A stretch of DNA of 64,000 nucleotides from Auanema rhodensis. Lineage: Eukaryota > Animalia > Nematoda. The position numbers and the translations under genes are program-made. Positions 1 through 9,542 of this stretch are shown piece by piece. A model generated the notes under the pieces. That model saw only the letters and a list, made by a program, of their open reading frames with translations, did not search any database and was not told where the DNA came from. Within the stretch, counting starts at the first letter, position 1. Each line of letters begins with the position of its first letter. The DNA is taken from assembly GCA_964057225.1 (NCBI GenBank), contig OZ059899.1, positions 20,522,001-20,586,000 of the forward strand, read 5' to 3'.

Positions 1-425
1 TTTCTTTTTTCAAGGCAAAGACGATTAACATTGTTATTCAACGAAAAAATTGATTCTGCAGGGTGAAAATCGAGGATATAAGTGTGAACTTATATCAGTT
101 GATATCTCGGTGCATTTTTAAGCTAGCGCAAATCTGATAACACAGATCGACGCAGCTTGAAAATCCGCATCGAATGCAGTATACAACATTGAGAAACGCT
201 TAATACAAAACTTAGTTATGATCGTTTGAAAAATGATGCATTAGTGTATGTTGAGTTTCCATGTACACTCAACATTGCTTCCAAAAACATTTTGACAAAA
301 AGTTTTCCGAAAAATTTCATAATAATTTCGCGAAAAGTAGATGTTTTTAGATTCCTTTTTCCAAGGCAAAGACGATGGACAATGTTATTCAACGAAAAAA
401 TTATTTCTGCAGGGTGAAAATCGAG

Positions 426-447
426 GATATAAGTGTGAACTTATATC
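426..447. repeat. Inverted repeat 1 (in essentially every monomer): GATATAAGT-gtga-ACTTATATC
   Basis: Perfect 9-bp arms at 426-434 and 439-447 with a 4-nt loop. It overlaps a second dyad, ATATCA-gt-TGATAT (443-456). Confidence 0.95.
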
Positions 448-457
448 AGTTGATATC

Positions 458-524
458 TCGGTGCATTTTTAAGCTAGCGCAAATCTGATAACACAGATCG
501 ACGCAGCTTAAAAATCCGCATCGA
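458..524. repeat. Inverted repeat 2: extended multi-stem hairpin (in essentially every monomer)
   Basis: ATTTTTAAGCT (465-475) / AGCTTAAAAAT (505-515) is a perfect 11-bp stem. GCG (477-479) / CGC (502-504) and ATCTG (483-487) / CAGAT (494-498) close a 6-nt loop. The outer TCGGTGC (458-464) / GCATCGA (518-524) has one G-T pair. Confidence 0.9.
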
Positions 525-598
525 ATGCACTATACAACATTGAGAAACGCTTGATACAAAAATTAGTTATGATCGTTTGAAAAATGATGCATTAGTGT

Positions 599-626
599 AT
601 GTTGAGTTTCCATGTACACTCAACAT
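599..626. repeat. Inverted repeat 3: ATGTTGAGT-(10 nt)-ACTCAACAT
   Basis: Perfect 9-bp arms at 599-607 and 618-626. Confidence 0.93.
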
Positions 627-633
627 TGCTTCC

Positions 634-712
634 AAAAACATTTTGACAAAAATTTTTCCGAAAAATTTCAAAATAATTTCGCAAAAATTAGATGTTTTTA
701 GATTCCTTTTTT
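634..712. repeat. A/T-tract block with nested dyads and a degenerate ~10-14-bp AAAAATTT(T)C subrepeat
   Basis: A5 at 634, 648, 661 and 683, A4 at 670, T5 at 653 and 695, T6 at 707. The dyad AAATTTTTC-c-GAAAAATTT (650-668) sits inside AAAAACAT (634-641) / ATGTTTTT (692-699). Confidence 0.85.
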
Positions 713-3700
713 CAAGGCAAAGACGATGGACAATGTTATTCAACGAAAAAATTAATTCTGCAGGGTGAAAATCGAGGATATAAGTGTGAACTTATATCAG
801 TTGATATCTCGGTGCATTTTTAAGCTAGCGCAAATCTGATAACACAGATCGACGCAGCTTAAAAATCCGCATCGAATGCACTATACTACATTGAGAAACG
901 CTTAATACAAAAGTTAGTTATGATCGTTTGAAAAATGATGCATTAGTGTATGTTGAGTTTCCATGTACACTCAACATTGCTTCCAAAAACATTTTGACAA
1001 AAATTTTTCCGAAAAATTTCAAAATAATTTCGCAAAAATTAGATGTTTTTAGATTCCTTTTTTCAAGGCAAAGACGATGGACAATGTTATTCAACGAAAA
1101 AATTAATTCTGCAGGGTGAAAATCGAGGATATAAGTGTGAACTTATATCAGTTGATATCTCGGTGCATTTTTAAGCTAGCGCAAATCTGATAACACAGAT
1201 CGACGCAGCTTAAAAATCCGCATCGAATGCACTATACTACATTGAGAAACGCTTAATACAAAAGTTAGTTATGATCGTTTGAAAAATGATGCATTAGTGT
1301 ATGTTGAGTTTCCATGTACACTCAACATTGCTTCCAAAAACATTTTGACAAAAATTTTTCCGAAAAATTTCAAAATAATTTCGCAAAAATTAGATGTTTT
1401 TAGATTCCTTTTTTCAAGGCAAAGACGATGGACAATGTTATTCAACGAAAAAATTAATTCTGCAGGGTGAAAATCGAGGATATAAGTGTGAACTTATATC
1501 AGTTGATATCTCGGTGCATTTTTAAGCTAGCGCAAATCTGATAACACAGATCGACGCAGCTTAAAAATCCGCATCGAATGCACTATACTACATTGAGAAA
1601 CGCTTAATACAAAAGTTAGTTATGATCGTTTGAAAAATGATGCATTAGTGTATGTTGAGTTTCCATGTACACTCAACATTGCTTCCAAAAACATTTTTAC
1701 AAAAATTTTTCCGAAAAATTTCGAAATAATTTCGCAAAAAGTAGATGTTTTTAGATTCCTTTTTTCAAGGCAAAGACGATTAACATTGTTATTCAACGAA
1801 AAAATTGATTCTGCAGGGTGAAAATCGAGGATATAAGTGTGAACTTATATCAGTTGATATCTCGGTGCATTTTTAAGCTAGCGCAAATCTGATAACACAG
1901 ATCGACGCAGCTTAAAAATCCGCATCGAATGCACTATACTACATTGAGAAACGCTTAATACAAAAGTTAGTTATGATCGTTTGAAAAATGATGCATTAGT
2001 GTATGTTGAGTTTCCATGTACACTCAACATTGCTTCCAAAAACATTTTGACAAAAATTTTTCCGAAAAATTTCAAAATAATTTCGCGAAAATTAGATGTT
2101 TTTAGATTTCTTTTTTCAAGGCAAAGACGATGGACAATGTTATTCAACGAAAAAATTAATTCTGCAGGGTGAAAATCGAGGATATAAGTGTGAACTTATA
2201 TCAGTTGATATCTCGGTGCATTTTTAAGCTAGCGCAAATCTGATAACACAGATCGACGCAGCTTAAAAATCCGCATCGAATGCACTATACTACATTGAAA
2301 AACGCTTGATACAAAAATTAGGTATGATCGTTTGAAAAAAGATGCATTAGTGTATGTTGAGTTTCCATGTACACTCAACATTGCTTCCAAAAACATTTTT
2401 ACAAAAATTTTTCCGAAAAATTTCGAAATAATTTCGCAAAAAGTAGATGTTTTTAGATTCCTTTTTTCAAGGCAAAGACGATTAACATTGTTATTCAACG
2501 AAAAAATTGATTCTGCAGGGTGAAAATCGAGGATATAAGTGTGAACTTATATCAGTTGATATCTCGGTGCATTTTTAAGCTAGCGCAAATCTGATAACAC
2601 AGATCGACGCAGCTTGAAAATCCGCATCGAATGCAGTATACAACATTGAGAAACGCTTAATACAAAACTTAGTTATGATCGTTTGAAAAATGATGCATTA
2701 GTGTATGTTGAGTTTTCATGTACACTCAACATTGCTTCCAAAAACATTTTGACAAAAAGTTTTCCGAAAAATTTCAAAATAATTTCGCGAAAAGTAGATG
2801 TTTTTAGATTCCTTTTTCCAAGGCAAAGACGATGGACAATGTTATTCAACGAAAAAATTATTTCTGCAGGGTGAAAATCGAGGATATAAGTGTGAACTTA
2901 TATCAGTTGATATCTCGGTGCATTTTTAAGCTAGCGCAAATCTGATAACACAGATCGACGCAGCTTAAAAATCCGCATCGAATGCACTATACAACATTGA
3001 GAAACGCTTAATACAAAACTTAGTTATGATCGTTTGAAAAATGATGCATTAGTGTATGTTGAGTTTCCATGTACACTCAACATTGCTTCCAAAAACATTT
3101 TGACAAAAATTTTTCCGAAAAATTTCAAAATAATTTCGCAAAAAGTAGATGTTTTTAGATTCCTTTTTTCAAGGCAAAGACGATGGACAATGTTATTCAA
3201 CGAAAAAATTAATTCTGCAGGGTGAAAATCGAGGATATAAGTGTGAACTTATATCAGTTGATATCTCGGTGCATTTTTAAGCTAGCGCAAATCTGATAAC
3301 ACAGATCGACGCAGCTTGAAAATCCGCATCGAATGCAGTATACAACATTGAGAAACGCTTAATACAAAACTTAGTTATGATCGTTTGAAAAATGATGCAT
3401 TAGTGTATGTTGAGTTTCCATGTACACTCAACATTGCTTCCAAAAACATTTTGACAAAAAGTTTTCCGAAAAATTTCAAAATAATTTCGCGAAAAGTAGA
3501 TGTTTTTAGATTCCTTTTTCCAAGGCAAAGACGATGGACAATGTTATTCAACGAAAAAATTATTTCTGCAGGGTGAAAATCGAGGATATAAGTGTGAACT
3601 TATATCAGTTGATATCTCGGTGCATTTTTAAGCTAGCGCAAATCTGATAACACAGATCGACGCAGCTTAAAAATCCGCATCGAATGCACTATACAACATT

Positions 3701-6700
3701 GAGAAACGCTTGATACAAAAATTAGTTATGATCGTTTGAAAAATGATGCATTAGTGTATGTTGAGTTTCCATGTACACTCAACATTGCTTCCAAAAACAT
3801 TTTGACAAAAATTTTTCCGAAAAATTTCAAAATAATTTCGCAAAAATTAGATGTTTTTAGATTCCTTTTTTCAAGGCAAAGACGATGGACAATGTTATTC
3901 AACGAAAAAATTAATTCTGCAGGGTGAAAATCGAGGATATAAGTGTGAACTTATATCAGTTGATATCTCGGTGCATTTTTAAGCTAGCGCAAATCTGATA
4001 ACACAGATCGACGCAGCTTAAAAATCCGCATCGAATGCACTATACTACATTGAGAAACGCTTAATACAAAAGTTAGTTATGATCGTTTGAAAAATGATGC
4101 ATTAGTGTATGTTGAGTTTCCATGTACACTCAACATTGCTTCCAAAAACATTTTGACAAAAATTTTTCCGAAAAATTTCAAAATAATTTCGCAAAAATTA
4201 GATGTTTTTAGATTCCTTTTTTCAAGGCAAAGACGATGGACAATGTTATTCAACGAAAAAATTAATTCTGCAGGGTGAAAATCGAGGATATAAGTGTGAA
4301 CTTATATCAGTTGATATCTCGGTGCAATTTTAAGCTAGCGCAAATCTGGTAATACAGATCGACGCAGCTTAAAAATCCGCATCGAATGCACTATACTGCA
4401 TTGAGAAACGCTTAATACAAAAGTTAGTTATGATCGTTTGAAAAATGATGCATTAGTGTATGTTGAGTTTCCATGTACACTCAACATTGCTTCCAAAAAC
4501 ATTTTGACAAAAATTTTTCCGAAAAATTTCAAAATAATTTCGCAAAAATTAGATGTTTTTAGATTCCTTTTTTCAAGGCAAAGACGATGGACAATGTTAT
4601 TCAACGAAAAAATTAATTCTGCAGGGTGAAAATCGAGGATATAAGTGTGAACTTATATCAGTTGATATCTCGGTGCATTTTTAAGCTAGCGCAAATCTGA
4701 TAACACAGATCGACGCAGCTTAAAAATCCGCATCGAATGCACTATACTACATTGAGAAACGCTTAATACAAAAGTTAGTTATGATCGTTTGAAAAATGAT
4801 GCATTAGTGTATGTTGAGTTTCCATGTACACTCAACATTGCTTCCAAAAACATTTTGACAAAAATTTTTCCGAAAAATTTCAAAATAATTTCGCAAAAAT
4901 TAGATGTTTTTAGATTCCTTTTTTCAAGGCAAAGACGATGGACAATGTTATTCAACGAAAAAATTAATTCTGCAGGGTGAAAATCGAGGATATAAGTGTG
5001 AACTTATATCAGTTGATATCTCGGTGCATTTTTAAGCTAGCGCAAATCTGATAACACAGATCGACGCAGCTTAAAAATCCGCATCGAATGCACTATACTA
5101 CATTGAAAACGCTTGATACAAAAATTAGGTATGATCGTTTGAAAAAAGATGCATTAGTGTATGTTGAGTTTCCATGTACACTCAACATTGCTTCCAAAAA
5201 CATTTTTACAAAAATTTTTCCGAAAAATTTCGAAATAATTTCGCAAAAAGTAGATGTTTTTAGATTCCTTTTTTCAAGGCAAAGACGATTAACATTGTTA
5301 TTCAACGAAAAAATTGATTCTGCAGGGTGAAAATCGAGGATATAAGTGTGAACTTATATCAGTTGATATCTCGGTGCATTTTTAAGCTAGCGCAAATCTG
5401 ATAACACAGATCGACGCAGCTTAAAAATCCGCATCGAATGCACTATACTACATTGAGAAACGCTTAATACAAAAGTTAGTTATGATCGTTTGAAAAATGA
5501 TGCATTAGTGTATGTTGAGTTTCCATGTACACTCAACATTGCTTCCAAAAACATTTTGACAAAAATTTTTCCGAAAAATTTCAAAATAATTTCGCGAAAA
5601 TTAGATGTTTTTAGATTCCTTTTTTCAAGGCAAAGACGATGGACAATGTTATTCAACGAAAAAATTAATTCTGCAGGGTGAAAATCGAGGATATAAGTGT
5701 GAACTTATATCAGTTGATATCTCGGTGCATTTTTAAGCTAGCGCAAATCTGGTAATACAGATCGACGCAGCTTAAAAATCCGCATCGAATGCACTATACT
5801 GCATTGAGAAACGCTTAATACAAAAGTTAGTTATGATCGTTTGAAAAATGATGCATTAGTGTATGTTGAGTTTCCATGTACACTCAACATTGCTTCCAAA
5901 AACATTTTGACAAAAATTTTTCCGAAAAATTTCAAAATAATTTCGCAAAAATTAGATGTTTTTAGATTCCTTTTTTCAAGGCAAAGACGATGGACAATGT
6001 TATTCAACGAAAAAATCAATTCTGCAGGGTGAAAATCGAGGATATAAGTGTGAACTTATATCAGTTGATATCTCGGTGCATTTTTAAGCTAGCGCAAATC
6101 TGATAACACAGATCGACGCAGCTTAAAAATCCGCATCGAATGCACTATACTACATTGAGAAACGCTTAATACAAAAGTTAGTTATGATCGTTTGAAAAAT
6201 GATGCATTAGTGTATGTTGAGTTTCCATGTACACTCAACATTGCTTCCAAAAACATTTTGACAAAAATTTTTCCGAAAAATTTCAAAATAATTTCGCAAA
6301 AATTAGATGTTTTTAGATTCCTTTTTTCAAGGCAAAGACGATGGACAATGTTATTCAACGAAAAAATTAATTCTGCAGGGTGAAAATCGAGGATATAAGT
6401 GTGAACTTATATCAGTTGATATCTCGGTGCATTTTTAAGCTAGCGCAAATCTGATAACACAGATCGACGCAGCTTAAAAATCCGCATCGAATGCACTATA
6501 CTACATTGAAAAACGCTTGATACAAAAATTAGGTATGATCGTTTGAAAAAAGATGCATTAGTGTATGTTGAGTTTCCATGTACACTCAACATTGCTTCCA
6601 AAAACATTTTTACAAAAATTTTTCCGAAAAATTTCGAAATAATTTCGCAAAAAGTAGATGTTTTTAGATTCCTTTTTTCAAGGCAAAGACGATTAACATT

Positions 6701-9542
6701 GTTATTCAACGAAAAAATTGATTCTGCAGGGTGAAAATCGAGGATATAAGTGTGAACTTATATCAGTTGATATCTCGGTGCATTTTTAAGCTAGCGCAAA
6801 TCTGATAACACAGATCGACGCAGCTTAAAAATCCGCATCGAATGCACTATACTACATTGAGAAACGCTTAATACAAAAGTTAGTTATGATCGTTTGAAAA
6901 ATGATGCATTAGTGTATGTTGAGTTTCCATGTACACTCAACATTGCTTCCAAAAACATTTTGACAAAAATTTTTCCGAAAAATTTCAAAATAATTTCGCG
7001 AAAATTAGATGTTTTTAGATTCCTTTTTTCAAGGCAAAGACGATGGACAATGTTATTCAACGAAAAAATTAATTCTGCAGGGTGAAAATCGAGGATATAA
7101 GTGTGAACTTATATCAGTTGATATCTCGGTGCATTTTTAAGCTAGCGCAAATCTGATAACACAGATCGACGCAGCTTAAAAATCCGCATCGAATGCACTA
7201 TACTACATTGAAAAACGCTTGATACAAAAATTAGGTATGATCGTTTGAAAAAAGATGCATTAGTGTATGTTGAGTTTCCATGTACACTCAACATTGCTTC
7301 CAAAAACATTTTTACAAAAATTTTTCCGAAAAATTTCGAAATAATTTCGCAAAAAGTAGATGTTTTTAGATTTCTTTTTTCAAGGCAAAGACGATTAACA
7401 TTGTTATTCAACGAAAAAATTGATTCTGCAGGGTGAAAATCGAGGATATAAGTGTGAACTTATATCAGTTGATATCTCGGTGCATTTTTAAGCTAGCGCA
7501 AATCTGATAACACAGATCGACGCAGCTTGAAAATCCGCATCGAATGCAGTATACAACATTGAGAAACGCTTAATACAAAACTTAGTTATGATCGTTTGAA
7601 AAATGATGCATTAGTGTATGTTGAGTTTCCATGTACACTCAACATTGCTTCCAAAAACATTTTGACAAAAAGTTTTCCGAAAAATTTCAAAATAATTTCG
7701 CGAAAAGTAGATGTTTTTAGATTCCTTTTTCCAAGGCAAAGACGATGGACAATGTTATTCAACGAAAAAATTATTTCTGCAGGGTGAAAATCGAGGATAT
7801 AAGTGTGAACTTATATCAGTTGATATCTCGGTGCATTTTTAAGCTAGCGCAAATCTGATAACACAGATCGACGCAGCTTAAAAATCCGCATCGAATGCAC
7901 TATACAACATTGAGAAACGCTTGATACAAAAATTAGTTATGATCGTTTGAAAAATGATGCATTAGTGTATGTTGAGTTTCCATGTACACTCAACATTGCT
8001 TCCAAAAACATTTTGACAAAAATTTTTCCGAAAAATTTCAAAATAATTTCGCAAAAATTAGATGTTTTTAGATTCCTTTTTTCAAGGCAAAGACGATGGA
8101 CAATGTTATTCAACGAAAAAATTAATTCTGCAGGGTGAAAATCGAGGATATAAGTGTGAACTTATATCAGTTGATATCTCGGTGCATTTTTAAGCTAGCG
8201 CAAATCTGATAACACAGATCGACGCAGCTTAAAAATCCGCATCGAATGCACTATACTACATTGAGAAACGCTTAATACAAAAGTTAGTTATGATCGTTTG
8301 AAAAATGATGCATTAGTGTATGTTGAGTTTCCATGTACACTCAACATTGCTTCCAAAAACATTTTGACAAAAATTTTTCCGAAAAATTTCAAAATAATTT
8401 CGCAAAAATTAGATGTTTTTAGATTCCTTTTTTCAAGGCAAAGACGATGGACAATGTTATTCAACGAAAAAATTAATTCTGCAGGGTGAAAATCGAGGAT
8501 ATAAGTGTGAACTTATATCAGTTGATATCTCGGTGCATTTTTAAGCTAGCGCAAATCTGATAACACAGATCGACGCAGCTTAAAAATCCGCATCGAATGC
8601 ACTATACTACATTGAGAAACGCTTAATACAAAAGTTAGTTATGATCGTTTGAAAAATGATGCATTAGTGTATGTTGAGTTTCCATGTACACTCAACATTG
8701 CTTCCAAAAACATTTTGACAAAAATTTTTCCGAAAAATTTCAAAATAATTTCGCAAAAATTAGATGTTTTTAGATTCCTTTTTTCAAGGCAAAAACGATG
8801 GACAATGTTATTCAACGAAAAAATTAATTCTGCAGGGTGAAAATCGAGGATATAAGTGTGAACTTATATCAGTTGATATCTCGGTGCATTTTCAAGCTAG
8901 CGCAAATCTGATAACACAGATCGACGCAGCTTAAAAATCCGCATCGAATGCACTATACTACATTGAGAAACGCTTAATACAAAAATTAGTTATGATCGTT
9001 TGAAAAATGATGCATTAGTGTATGTTGAGTGTCCATGTACACTCAACATTGCTTCCAAAAACATTTTTACAAAAATTTTTCCGAAAAATTTCAAAATAAT
9101 TTCGCAAAAAGTAGATGTTTTTAGATTCCTTTTTTCAAGGCAAAGACGATGGACAATGTTATTCAACGAAAAAATTAATTCTGCAGGGTGAAAATCGAGG
9201 ATATAAGTGTGAACTTATATCAGTTGATATCTCGGTGCATTTTTAAGCTAGCGCAAATCTGATAACACAGATCGACGCAGTTTAAAAATCCGCATCGAAT
9301 GCACTATACTGCATTGAGAAACGCTTAATACAAAAATTAGTTATGATCGTTTGAAAAATGATGCATTACTGTAAGTTGAGTTTCCATGTACACTCAACAT
9401 TGCTTCCAAAAACATTTTGACAAAAATTTTTCCGAAAAATTTCGAAAAAATTTCGCGAAAAGTAGATGTTTTTAGATTCCTTTTCTCAAGGCAAAGATGA
9501 TGGACAATGTTATTCAACGAAAAAATTATTTCTGCAGGGTGA

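Larger units (their letters stand above)
410..760. repeat. Representative 351-bp monomer (CAGGGTGAAAATCGAGG ... ATTAATTCTG); the monomer phase is arbitrary
   Basis: Hand count for 421-771 gives 113/351 G+C (~32%) and 13 CpG. There is one site each per typical monomer for PstI (CTGCAG), EcoRV (GATATC), NheI (GCTAGC), NsiI (ATGCAT) and BsrGI (TGTACA). Confidence 0.97.
1..9191. repeat. Subfamily domain 1 (S, L, E and R monomer types)
   Basis: S type (AAAAGTTTTCCG, CGCGA, TTCCAAGG, GCAGTATA) at 226, 2683, 3385 and 7596. E type (TTCGAAATA, GATTAACATT, ATTGATT) at 1630, 2332, 5139, 6543 and 7245. Runs of L type (AAAATTAGAT) lie between them. Confidence 0.85.

Noticed and set aside
426-524. Bacterial terminators or operators suggested by the hairpins
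   Set aside because: There is no gene context, the stems are AT-rich without a proper U-tail arrangement, and the array is not prokaryote-like.
483-590. Hammerhead ribozyme or retrozyme, known from some animal satellites of similar size
   Set aside because: The closest core is CTGATAA (485-491), not CTGANGA. TTGAGAA...GAAA (540-582) does not close a proper stem II. I found no valid core on the minus strand either. An Infernal/Rfam scan would be the definitive test.
677-695. CENP-B box
   Set aside because: TTCG is present but the required downstream CGGG is not.
410-760. Tandem RNA-gene array (5S rRNA, tRNA, spliced-leader RNA, snRNA)
   Set aside because: There is no recognisable 5S sequence, cloverleaf, A/B boxes or spliced-leader exon. 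The minus-strand AATTTTTG motifs resemble Sm sites but lack the following purine and are expected in AT-rich DNA.
410-760. Monomer as a dimer of ~175-bp or trimer of 117-bp subunits
   Set aside because: No direct-repeat similarity between halves or thirds is visible by eye beyond short words such as ACATTG and TGCA.
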